Shown piece after piece: positions 29,411 through 38,120 of a DNA stretch of 64,000 bases. Below the pieces are notes generated by a model. That model had not been told where the DNA came from. It saw only the letters and a program-made list of their open reading frames with translations, and did no database searches. Source of the DNA: Myxococcota bacterium (GTDB taxonomy: Bacteria > Myxococcota_A > UBA796 > CAJQPC01); the NCBI GenBank assembly GCA_036229005.1, contig JAZAMN010000059.1, positions 64,001 through 128,000 of the forward strand. Reading direction: 5' to 3'. Position numbers and translations under genes: made by a program. How positions within the stretch are numbered: the stretch's first letter is position 1; each line of letters opens with the position of its first letter.

Positions 29411-31730
29411 AGCGCGCGCCCCCGTCCGGGGGATCGTCCTGCCAGATCCGCCCGCCGTGCAGCGTCACGAAGCTCGCGCACAGCGACAGCCCCAGCCCGG
29501 ACGCGTTGCTCTCGTCCCCGGTGGTCTCGAAGGGGTCGAACAGGGTGCGCTGCAGCTCCGGGGGGATGCCCGGGCCCTGGTCCTGGACCACCAGCAGCAG
29601 GTCGTCGCCCTTCTCCTGGAAGCGCAGGGTGATGACCCCCTCCGCCGGGCTCATCTTCACCGCGTTGTGGAGCAGGTTGTAGAGCACCTGGTGCACCAGC
29701 ACGGGGTAGCCGTTGAGGCGCGGCGGGTCCCCCTCCACCACCAGCTTGAGGCCCTTGCGGTCCATGCGCTTCTGCAGCAGGCGCTGGGAGATGGCCAGCC
29801 CCTCCATGGGGTCGAAGCGCTGGAGGCGGTCGATGCCCGGCCGCGAGAACACCTGCAGGTTGCGGATGATCTCGCTGGCGCGCCGCACGCCGTCCTGGGT
29901 GAGCCGGCCGAACTTCATGGCCCGCTCGACCTTCCCCTTCTCCAGCGCGGTCATGAGCTGATCCATGCTGGAGAGGGCCACCCCCAGCGGCGAGGAGAGC
30001 TCGTGCCCGATGCCCGCCGACAGGGTGCTCAGCGCGGCGACCCGCTCCCAGCGAAAGGAGCGCAGCCGCGCCTCGTCGCGCTCCGCCGTGCGGCGCTCCA
30101 CCAACACCTCGAGCCCGCGGTTCAGGTCCTGGATGGTCTCGAGCGCCATCCGGTGCGAGGCGGTGGCTCCCATCGCCGCGGAGGCCGACTGCAGCGCCTG
30201 CAGATCCCGGGGCATGGGCAGAGGTCCGGGGCCCTTCCCGACGACCACGGCGCCGACCAGCCCCTGCGAGGTGCCCACCGGGATCAGCAGCTCGCCCTGG
30301 TGAGCGTCCAGCCACGCCTGGGCGGCGTCCTCCCGCTGGCTGTCGGAGAGCACCGGAGCCGTCGTGGGCATGCCCTCAAGGGGGAGGTCCTCAGACGCCG
30401 GATCCGAGCGGAGGATGAGGTGAACGGGGCGACTCCCGGTCACGGCCCGCACCCTGGACAAGAAGGCCTCCCGCGCAGCCTCCAGGCTGTCCATGCCAGC
30501 GAGGTCATGGGGGAGCCGCTCCAGGGCCTCCCGGGCCGCCTGCTGTTCACGCCCCAGGGCCTGCGGGACCATGCCCAGCAGCAGACCAGCCGCCGGGATC
30601 AGCAGGAAGAGGGGGACCGAGATCCGCTCGGTGGCCGCGCCGTAGGCGATCACCAGCAGGGCCGCGGCGCCCACCGCACCGGACCACTGCAGCACGCTGC
30701 GCAGCAGGAGCAGCCGGACGCGGCTGGCGGCCAGGCCCAGGCCGATGGAGATGGGGAGGAAGGCCAGCGCGGTCCCGACCATCAGTACGTCGGGGGGCAG
30801 GGGCTGGCCCAGCCAGTTGGGCGCGGAGAAGATCAGGGTGACGAACACCGTCGCCCCGAAGCCCCAGCCGATCCAGGCCGCCTGCAGGCGCTGCACCACC
30901 TGGCGGCTCTTGATGGCCCCGTAGATCAGCGCGCCCACCGCCCCAAAGGTGGGGATGAAGGTGGAGACCTGGATGACACCCGAGTAGGTGAACAGGTCCA
31001 GCAGGATGGCGACCGGGGTCAGCGCCCAGCCCACGACCAGCATCCAGCGCACGCGGCGCTCCCGCACCAGGGGCTGGGGGAAGCTCAGGGCGAAGGCCAG
31101 CAGATGCAGCGTCCCGCCAAAGGCGCCGACCCCATTGATCAGGTGCTGGAACACGGAGACCCAGGTCGGCGCGAACACACCCCGCTGGGCGACGTAGAAG
31201 AGCGGGATGAGGTTCAAGGAGGCGCCGACGGCGACCAGCATCAGATCGCGCCCCAGCTTCCCGCCGTGTCGGCGCCCCGCCCAGAGCCCGCTGGCGGCCA
31301 CCAGCAGCGCAGCGAAGAGCGCGGCTGCGAAGCCCTTGCCGCCGCGTAGGGAGCTGCGCGGGGTGAGGAAGAGCTGCTGGCCATCCGCCAGGCGCACGGA
31401 GACGGAGTCGCTCTGGGCAGCGTTCAGCGCCTGCTGCAGCGCCACCCAGTCCAGGAGCGCGCCCATGCCGAAGCTGAGCGCGGGGTCGTGCACGAACTCG
31501 TCCGCGACGGAGACCCCAGCGATCTCCACCACGCACTGCTCTTGGACGACGAACTCGCAGTGCTGTCCGTCGCGGGGGGCCTCCAGCCCAAGACTGCGAC
31601 CTTGGGCCAGGCCCAGGAGCGAGAACAGGCTCGCCAGGAGAACCAAGAAGCCGGCTCCCCAGTAGCTCCAGGCGAGCCTCCTCTCAGCTTGCCATGTCGG
31701 GTCGGATTCCGGACTCGGCGCGCTCTTCAT
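29346..31730 (-). CDS. Multi-TM sensor histidine kinase with GAF-like domain
   Basis: About 8-9 TM segments; LLIPV..LVG.VVVG GAF-like; GIGHELSSPL H-box, NLLHNA, DQGPG, GLGL. Confidence 0.9.
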   Translation of the reverse strand: MKSAPSPESDPTWQAERRLAWSYWGAGFLVLLASLFSLLGLAQGRSLGLEAPRDGQHCEFVVQEQCVVEIAGVSVADEFVHDPALSFGMGALLDWVALQQALNAAQSDSVSVRLADGQQLFLTPRSSLRGGKGFAAALFAALLVAASGLWAGRRHGGKLGRDLMLVAVGASLNLIPLFYVAQRGVFAPTWVSVFQHLINGVGAFGGTLHLLAFALSFPQPLVRERRVRWMLVVGWALTPVAILLDLFTYSGVIQVSTFIPTFGAVGALIYGAIKSRQVVQRLQAAWIGWGFGATVFVTLIFSAPNWLGQPLPPDVLMVGTALAFLPISIGLGLAASRVRLLLLRSVLQWSGAVGAAALLVIAYGAATERISVPLFLLIPAAGLLLGMVPQALGREQQAAREALERLPHDLAGMDSLEAAREAFLSRVRAVTGSRPVHLILRSDPASEDLPLEGMPTTAPVLSDSQREDAAQAWLDAHQGELLIPVGTSQGLVGAVVVGKGPGPLPMPRDLQALQSASAAMGATASHRMALETIQDLNRGLEVLVERRTAERDEARLRSFRWERVAALSTLSAGIGHELSSPLGVALSSMDQLMTALEKGKVERAMKFGRLTQDGVRRASEIIRNLQVFSRPGIDRLQRFDPMEGLAISQRLLQKRMDRKGLKLVVEGDPPRLNGYPVLVHQVLYNLLHNAVKMSPAEGVITLRFQEKGDDLLLVVQDQGPGIPPELQRTLFDPFETTGDESNASGLGLSLCASFVTLHGGRIWQDDPPDGGARFSVLLPLAGPAKEQAGVLSAH

Positions 31731-31932
31731 CAAAAGACTCGACCAGGGCTTCGGCGTCCACGGTCTCCAGAGGGAAGCCCCAGCTATCAGCGAGCTGGAC
31801 CAGGGCCTCTTCGCGACCGGGGGCGTCTGCGTTCAGGACAAAGCATGCCACGGCGAAGTGGTTCTCATGTCCGGGGGTCTTGCAGTAGTCGACAAAGGCC
31901 AGGGCCTTGTCGGAGGGGTTCTCGGGCAGCAT
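31684..31932 (-). CDS. Small 82-aa protein (RiPP precursor or PqqD/RRE-like)
   Basis: AGAGGAG Shine-Dalgarno 6 nt before ATG; lies between the rSAM fusion and the HK, overlapping the HK start. Confidence 0.75.
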   Translation of the reverse strand: MLPENPSDKALAFVDYCKTPGHENHFAVACFVLNADAPGREEALVQLADSWGFPLETVDAEALVESFDEERAESGIRPDMAS

Positions 31933-31952
31933 TGTGTACTCCTCTCAGGGGT

Positions 31953-33899
31953 TCACGGGGTTGAAGACGCGCGGGCTCCGCGGCCCGCCAGCAGCGAGAG
32001 CGCCTGCTGACAGCGACCGTCGTTCCCACCAAGTTCGAGCCCTTCGCCGACCACGACGGCCTGGCAGCCGCCGCAGATGTCCTGGTGCTCACAGGCGGCG
32101 CAGCCCAGGTGTCCGCGGGCGCGCAGCGCGGCGGCTGTGGGGTGGCGCCGGGCGCGCTCGACGAAGCCGCGGACGCTGTCCAGCTCCACCCGCCCCAGCG
32201 GGGCGCGGAAGGGGTGACAGGGGCTCAAGCTGCGGTCGGCCTGCACGCAGATCCGCGCGCCGCCGGCCTCACACTGCCAGAGGCTCTCCCGGGGCAGGCC
32301 CAGACCCTCCAGCAGCGGGTTGATCACGGGGTAGTCAGCCACCACCGTGCTCAGTCCGCGCTTCTCCAGCGCGGCGACCTGCTCGGCGCAGCGCAGCAGA
32401 TCCGCGGTGCTCAGGCCCCGTCCAGCGGCGGGCGTCATGCCCGGCTTGGTGAACAGCGGCCACAGGGTCAGCGGCCGCCACTGGCCCATGGACTCAGCCA
32501 GGTACTGGCCCCAGGCGGCCACGCCGTAGTCCAGCAGCTCGCCGGTCAGGATGGTCGCCGGGGTGGCCAGCACGCCGTGCTCAGGCGCGATCGCCAGGGC
32601 GTGCAGCGACTTGGCGGTCTGCGTGCGACCGCGCACGCGCTCGTGGACCCCCGGGGGCCCATCGATGCTCACCATCAGGTGGACCTTTGCGCGCAGCGCC
32701 CCCAGCCTGGCCATCTCCGCGTGGTCCAGCAGCCCGCCGTTGGTGTTGATCAGCACCTGCGCGATGCCCAGCGCGTCCGCGCGCTCCAGGACCTCCCAGA
32801 TGTGCGGGTAGAAGAAGGGCTCGCCGCCGGTCAGGTGTAGCACGGTGCGGTGTCCGACGGCCTCCTCCAGGAGCGCGAACACCAGCTCCAGAGGCAGCTC
32901 GTCCAGATCGCTCAGGTCGGGCTCCTGCGCGAACACAAAGCAGTCCGGGCAGCGCAGGTTGCAGCGCCGGGTGAGCTCGATGTCCAGGACCAGGCGCTCC
33001 CCACCAAAGGCCGCCCGCGCGCCCAGCCGCAGCTTGCGACGCCCCAGGGCCTTGCGGCGCGCCTGGATGTGCGTCTGCAGCAGAGGCCCCAGCTCGAACG
33101 CAGCCGCCCGCACCTCGCAGGCACCCAGAGCGCTGTCGATGGCGTGCAAGTGGGTTCGAAGCGGTCCGGTCTTCCATGCCCGGCGCTCCGCAGCCCCCAG
33201 CTCCTCGACCCCATGACGACTCGGGTCCAGGCCCAGGATGGCCAGGTACGACGAGCGCTGTCCTTCAGCCAGATCCCGCGCCCCACCCAGCAGGTCGTTG
33301 GTGAGCTGCAGGGGCACGCCCAGCGCCTCCACCAGCTCAAACAGCGGCTCCACAAGCTCCGGCCGGCCGGCCTCCCGCGCCAGGGACACCAGCGGCAGCG
33401 CCATGGGCAGGTACTTGGCGCCCTGCAGCGCGGTGGCCTCTTCGGTCCAGGGCGCAGCGCTCGTGCGCAGGGTCAGGTCCCGGAGGGCGGCGTCCACAAA
33501 GGCCCCCATCCCCCGCGTCCAGTCCTGGGGCTCCAGCGACATCCACCCCAGCGCCGTCCCGGTCAGGAGCTGCTGGAGGTAGGCCCCGCGCGGCTCCGCG
33601 CCCTCGTCCACCAGGTCGTCCTGGATGCGCACCGCCAGATACAGGGCGAGCATCGCCTGCTGCGCGCGCTGAACGGACGCCTCGGGGAGTTCCAGCCCCT
33701 GCCCCAGCCAGGCCAGCAGCACAAAGGCCGGGGAGCCCTCCGGCCCGACAAACAGCCCCTCCAGGCCGCCCATGGGCTCCAGGCGCGCCCTCAGCGCATC
33801 GAGCTGCTCCATCAACAGACGCTGCGGGAGGGGGGGGAGGCTGCGCAGCGCGGCCTCAAATCGGGCCACACCGCCCTGCAGACCGTGGCTCTCGGACAT
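31953..33899 (-). CDS. Fusion: class I isoprenoid synthase/prenyltransferase + radical SAM/SPASM domain (648 aa)
   Basis: IQDDLVD and QLTNDLLG; CNLRCPDC, TGGEP, NTNG, VSIDG; SPASM CEAG..PC..CAAC.....CGGC..C; TGATG overlap with the S8 gene fixes the start. Confidence 0.88.
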   Translation of the reverse strand: MSESHGLQGGVARFEAALRSLPPLPQRLLMEQLDALRARLEPMGGLEGLFVGPEGSPAFVLLAWLGQGLELPEASVQRAQQAMLALYLAVRIQDDLVDEGAEPRGAYLQQLLTGTALGWMSLEPQDWTRGMGAFVDAALRDLTLRTSAAPWTEEATALQGAKYLPMALPLVSLAREAGRPELVEPLFELVEALGVPLQLTNDLLGGARDLAEGQRSSYLAILGLDPSRHGVEELGAAERRAWKTGPLRTHLHAIDSALGACEVRAAAFELGPLLQTHIQARRKALGRRKLRLGARAAFGGERLVLDIELTRRCNLRCPDCFVFAQEPDLSDLDELPLELVFALLEEAVGHRTVLHLTGGEPFFYPHIWEVLERADALGIAQVLINTNGGLLDHAEMARLGALRAKVHLMVSIDGPPGVHERVRGRTQTAKSLHALAIAPEHGVLATPATILTGELLDYGVAAWGQYLAESMGQWRPLTLWPLFTKPGMTPAAGRGLSTADLLRCAEQVAALEKRGLSTVVADYPVINPLLEGLGLPRESLWQCEAGGARICVQADRSLSPCHPFRAPLGRVELDSVRGFVERARRHPTAAALRARGHLGCAACEHQDICGGCQAVVVGEGLELGGNDGRCQQALSLLAGRGARASSTP

Positions 33900-34792
33900 C
33901 ACGCCACCGCCGGCGCAGACGAGGACACCGAGAAGCTGCGCGCGAGATCCAGCGCGCCCGAGCCCAGCCGCTCCCGCAGCCCCGCCACACCCAGCTTGGG
34001 GGAGTGCTGCAGCAACAGGGCAGCGGACCCCGCCACCAACGGCGCCGCGAAGCTGGTCCCGCGCTCCCACCCGTATCGCCGGGGACAGAGCGCCACCCGC
34101 ACGCCGCTCCCCGGGGCCAACAGCTCGGGCTTCACCGAGCGCCTGTCCTCCCAGCAGAGCAGCCCCTCCGGGCTCTCCGGGCCGGGCTCTCCCCCGCGGT
34201 CCAGGCTGCCGACGCCCAGCGCCTCGGGGTAGTTCCCCGGGCTGCCCGTCTCGCCCTGGCGTCCGCCGTTGCCGATGCTGGCGACCACCAGGATGCCGCT
34301 CCGCTCGGCTTCCTGCACAAGATCGCGGATCCACGCGTCCTGACCACGCCGCTCCAGGGTCATCAGGACCAGGTCCACCTGACCGTGCTCCAGCAACCAC
34401 TTCAGGCCAGCCCGGACGTCCTCGGGCTCAGCCCGGGAGACCCGTCGATGGCGCCCCATCCGGTAGACATCGGCGACCACCAGCGTGGCCTCGCGCGCGA
34501 GCCCCTGGTTGTCCCCCACCAGCAGGCTGGCCACGGCGGTCCCGTGGTCGGGGATCGGCGCCTGACCGGGAGAGATGCGGTGCACCTGGATGCGGCCGGA
34601 GGCGACCGCCCCACTCAGCTCGGGGTGCTCCAGGTCCACGCCACCATCCACCAGCCCGATGCGGACGCCGTCACCGCGTAGCCCGAGCGACCACGCGACC
34701 TGTGCACCGATGGCGTGCAGGTGCCAGGCAGGGTCCAGCGCTTGTACGGGCGTTGCCCGCGGCGCACGGGCAGCCTGAATGCTCGATGACAT
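33899..34792 (-). CDS. S8 (subtilisin-family) serine peptidase with no evident signal or pro-domain
   Basis: LVDGG (Asp), HGTAVA (His), SIGN (oxyanion Asn), GTSFAAP (Ser). Confidence 0.92.
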   Translation of the reverse strand: MSSSIQAARAPRATPVQALDPAWHLHAIGAQVAWSLGLRGDGVRIGLVDGGVDLEHPELSGAVASGRIQVHRISPGQAPIPDHGTAVASLLVGDNQGLAREATLVVADVYRMGRHRRVSRAEPEDVRAGLKWLLEHGQVDLVLMTLERRGQDAWIRDLVQEAERSGILVVASIGNGGRQGETGSPGNYPEALGVGSLDRGGEPGPESPEGLLCWEDRRSVKPELLAPGSGVRVALCPRRYGWERGTSFAAPLVAGSAALLLQHSPKLGVAGLRERLGSGALDLARSFSVSSSAPAVA

Positions 34793-34861
34793 GGTGGGTC
34801 CGGGATGACAGGCCCCCCCAAGGACAGCGCGCTCCAACGCGGTGGAGGCGTATACACCGTC

Positions 34862-34885
34862 TTGACCCTCAGGTCCACACGTCAA
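34862..34885. promoter_or_regulatory. TTGAC-N14-GTCAA inverted repeat upstream of the S8/rSAM operon
   Basis: TTGAC 34862-66, GTCAA 34881-85; 70 bp upstream of the S8 ATG. Confidence 0.3.
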
Positions 34886-34942
34886 CCTCCCAATATAGCC
34901 TTGATGATCGGGGTCGCTCCTACTTCGGTATTACATCCCATT

Positions 34943-35761
34943 TCATTCCTCCCCCGAGACCTGCCTCGCGACCCACCCGTGGACCGTTTCTGGAGCAAGT
35001 GCAAGCAGATAGAGCAGCAGCATCGACGCCGAGAAGGTGGCGACTGGAAGACTTACATAGATCCCCGCGTGCAAGATCACCCCAAATCCAAGGATCCATT
35101 TGCGGGCAGATGGGAGCCAGATGCCTAGGGCAATGGCGTACTCCAGCAGAATGACCGCTACGCTCAAAGCGACCATCAACCAATGGAATCCGGGCCACGC
35201 CGGGTAGTCCGAGCCCTGGTACAGGACCATGAAATACTGCTCCATCCGCTCCCCCGAGGCGTGCCCCCACTCGGTCTTGGACCAAGCTCCAAAGAGGTAG
35301 ATCGCGCTGAGCTGCACCTTGATCAAGTGGCGTCCCCAGTCCAGTCCCCGCTCCCGGGGAGCGTCGCCGCGCCGCAGCGCCAAGGCCCGATCCAGCGAGA
35401 AGCTCCCTCCGCAGGGGGTCAGCGCGAGCAGCACGGGCAGCGTGAACAGCAGGTAGGTGTGGTGGTGGGTGTAGGGCTCCACCCCCATCTGGTGGCCCAG
35501 GCCGTAGTACAGAAAGAGCCCCAGCGCGCCCGTGATCGCGGTGCTCAGGCGGGAGAAGAGCCCCAGGAACATGGCGGCCGTGGCCGCATACCAGAGCAGC
35601 GAGAGGCCGATGCGCCAGGGCTGGATGTGCTGGTAGAGGACAAAGTCGCTGCCCAGCCGGGACCAGAGCAGCAGTGGCCACCCGATACGGACCAGCGAGA
35701 CCGAGCGCGTCGAGGCCTCCTTGGAGAAGAAGGCCACGAGCCGGGCTCTCAGGGCGTGCAC
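34943..35761 (-). CDS. HTTM-domain membrane protein
   Basis: SLVRIG, YTHHHTYL, FSLD, QLSAIYLFGAWSK..W..GE, LHAGI. Confidence 0.78.
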   Translation of the reverse strand: MHALRARLVAFFSKEASTRSVSLVRIGWPLLLWSRLGSDFVLYQHIQPWRIGLSLLWYAATAAMFLGLFSRLSTAITGALGLFLYYGLGHQMGVEPYTHHHTYLLFTLPVLLALTPCGGSFSLDRALALRRGDAPRERGLDWGRHLIKVQLSAIYLFGAWSKTEWGHASGERMEQYFMVLYQGSDYPAWPGFHWLMVALSVAVILLEYAIALGIWLPSARKWILGFGVILHAGIYVSLPVATFSASMLLLYLLALAPETVHGWVARQVSGEE

Positions 35762-36144
35762 AGGTTCTCCTCGGGGTCACCCTGGGGCTTCCACCCGCGA
35801 ATCCCGCCGCAGCGGCAGTCCATGGTGAGCTCCTGAACCCCGAGCGCGCGACAGATCTCCCTCCCCTGCCGCCTGGCCTGGTCCACGTCCCGCAGCATGC
35901 GCACCTTCCGGGGCGCCTCCCAGCGGTGCTCGTAGCCCAGGGTCTCCAGCCGCTGCACCGGCGTCCGCTGAGGGCCCGCCAGATAGCGCACGTCACAGAT
36001 GTCCGTGCCGTAGCCGATGAACATCAGCCAGCGCTTCACGTAGGGCACGCGCAGGCCGAGCACCTGGGTGGCGAAGGGCCCCCCCAGCATCCACAAGGTC
36101 AGGGAGGCGAAGAGCCCCGCTCGAAGCCAGATCTTCCACCGCAT
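35749..36144 (-). CDS. HTTM-partner protein
   Basis: N-terminal TM then KRWLMF (WxMF); overlaps the HTTM gene. Confidence 0.55.
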   Translation of the reverse strand: MRWKIWLRAGLFASLTLWMLGGPFATQVLGLRVPYVKRWLMFIGYGTDICDVRYLAGPQRTPVQRLETLGYEHRWEAPRKVRMLRDVDQARRQGREICRALGVQELTMDCRCGGIRGWKPQGDPEENLCTP

Positions 36145-36194
36145 GCGCGCTGGCTATCCCAAGCCGCTATCGTGGGCATGCAACCGAGGTCGCC

Positions 36195-36656
36195 ATGCTC
36201 CTGCTCCTGCTCGCCTGCACCCGCTCGGCGGACCCCACACCTGAGCCCGCGGTGGAGGAGGAGGAGACCTCGGCCCCCGCGCCAGTGACCCCACCCCCCA
36301 TGCCCGAGCGGCCCACCCTCCCCTCGGAGCGCTCGGCCCCAAGCGAGGACACCGCGAGGTCGTGGCTCACCGGCAACTGGAGCACCGGCGGGAACACCCT
36401 GAGCCTCAAGGGGGACGGGACCTTTGTCTACGCGGGCAAGGATCCCTGCGGGCAGCAGGACCTGGCCGGGACCTGGGAGCTCACCCGCCGCACGCCGAGC
36501 TGGGTGAACGCCCGGATGACCCCCACGCAGGGCGAGCCCACGGTGCTGGCGCTGGGCGTCCCCCTGAACCCCAAGATGCGCCCGGACCACTTTGGCGTGG
36601 ACTGCGAGAAGGACCCCATCGGGATGGAGTCCAGCAGCTACTGGACCCGCCGCTGA
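36195..36656 (+). CDS. Hypothetical lipoprotein
   Basis: MLLLLLAC lipobox, Pro-rich linker, LTGNW..LKGDGTF..GTW lipocalin-like strands. Confidence 0.65.
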   Translation: MLLLLLACTRSADPTPEPAVEEEETSAPAPVTPPPMPERPTLPSERSAPSEDTARSWLTGNWSTGGNTLSLKGDGTFVYAGKDPCGQQDLAGTWELTRRTPSWVNARMTPTQGEPTVLALGVPLNPKMRPDHFGVDCEKDPIGMESSSYWTRR

Positions 36657-36675
36657 GTGCAGCGGGCCGCCCGGC

Positions 36676-37401
36676 TCAGGGCAGGGTGTTGAACACCCGC
36701 TGGACGTCGTCGTCCTGCTCCAGGCGATCGATCAGCGCCAGCACCTCGTCCGCCTGCTCGTCGCTGAGCTCGGTCATGGTGGTGGGGTTGTAGTCGGTCT
36801 CGGACTTGAGGGGCTCGATGCCCAGCTCGTCCAGCGCCGTGGAGAGGTTGTTGAAGTCCTCGAAGGCGCAGCGCAGGGCCATGACCTTCTCGCCCTCTTC
36901 GTTCTCGTCCTCGGCCATGGACTCCAGGCCGTGGTCGATGAGCTCGAGCTCCAGCTCCTCCCAGTCGCGGTCGGCGTCCAGCGCCAGGTGGAAGAGGCCC
37001 TGGTGCTCGAAGAGGAAGGACACGCTGCCGGTGGCGCCCATGTTGCCGCCGCCCTTCTTGAAGTGCATGCGCACGTTCGCGACGGTGCGGGTGGGGTTGT
37101 CGGTGGCGGTCTCGACCAGGATGGCGACGCCGTGGGGGGCGTAGCCTTCGTAGATCAGGATGGCGTAGTCGGAGGCGTCGTCGCCCGAGGCCTTCTTGAT
37201 CGCGTTCTCGATCTTGTCCTTGGGCATGTTGACCGAGCGCGCGTTCTGGATGGCCCGCCGCAGCGCCGGGTTGTTCTCGGGGATCGGACCGCCGGCCTTG
37301 ACGGCGATGGTGATCTCCTTTCCGCAGCGCGTGAACGCCTTGGCCATGCGGTCCCACCGCTTGAACATGGTGGCCTTGCGCTTCTCGAACATGCGGCCCA
37401 T
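36676..37401 (-). CDS. yebC: YebC/PmpR family protein
   Basis: [36 protein letters not shown]. Confidence 0.93.
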   Translation of the reverse strand: MGRMFEKRKATMFKRWDRMAKAFTRCGKEITIAVKAGGPIPENNPALRRAIQNARSVNMPKDKIENAIKKASGDDASDYAILIYEGYAPHGVAILVETATDNPTRTVANVRMHFKKGGGNMGATGSVSFLFEHQGLFHLALDADRDWEELELELIDHGLESMAEDENEEGEKVMALRCAFEDFNNLSTALDELGIEPLKSETDYNPTTMTELSDEQADEVLALIDRLEQDDDVQRVFNTLP

Positions 37402-37601
37402 GGGCTGCCCTCCAGTCTGGGGTGCAAGGCTATGTCACCCGCGCGCGCCGCGCCAACACCAGCGCCATGACCGGGCGCAGAGACACAGAGTCCGGCCCAC
37501 AAGTGTGTGGAATCACCCAGCCTGTCCTCGCTGGCGCCGTGGTGGCGTCGCGGTGTGCTGGCACGCCCCTTGCTGCGTTGGTGAGCCACACAGGAGTGAA
37601 C

Positions 37602-38045
37602 ATGTTTGAGCGTGTCCTCGTCCCCGTCGACTTCTCCGATCCCTCTCGGGCCGCCCTCCGGCTGGGGCGGGATCTGGTCGCCAGCAGCGGCGGCACCCTG
37701 ACCCTGCTCCACGTGAGCGCGCTCCCCTGGCACGCCAGCCAGGAGCTGGGCATGACGCCCGCCGGCGCCGAGCTCTACCAGGACCTGGCCAAGGACGTGA
37801 GCCGAGAGCAGATGCGCGCGCTGACCGAGATGGCCAACGCCGAGCTGCCCGGCCCAATGGACCGCGCCCTGCTGCTGCGCGAGGGCTTCCCCCCCGATGA
37901 GATCGCCGCCCAGGCCAAGCAAGGCAAGCACGACGTGGTGGTCATGGGCACCCACGGTCGCACGGGCGTGAGCCGGGCCATCATGGGATCGGTGGCCGAG
38001 CGGGTGGTGCGGCTCTGTGAGATCCCGGTGCTGATCACCCGCTGA
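37602..38045 (+). CDS. Universal stress protein
   Basis: SD AGGAG; VLVPVDFS, VVMGTHGRTG..IMGSVAERVVR..PVL. Confidence 0.92.
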   Translation: MFERVLVPVDFSDPSRAALRLGRDLVASSGGTLTLLHVSALPWHASQELGMTPAGAELYQDLAKDVSREQMRALTEMANAELPGPMDRALLLREGFPPDEIAAQAKQGKHDVVVMGTHGRTGVSRAIMGSVAERVVRLCEIPVLITR

Positions 38046-38120
38046 GCCCTGCGCCCCCGGAGCGCTTCGAATAGCGAGAGGCGTCGGCCCGTCCACGTCG
38101 CCCCTTCCCGGAGTGTCCCC

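Noticed and set aside
33900..34400. N-terminal extension of the rSAM fusion to 815 aa, as in the ORF track
   Set aside because: Overlaps the S8 gene out of frame; the TGATG junction supports the start at 33899
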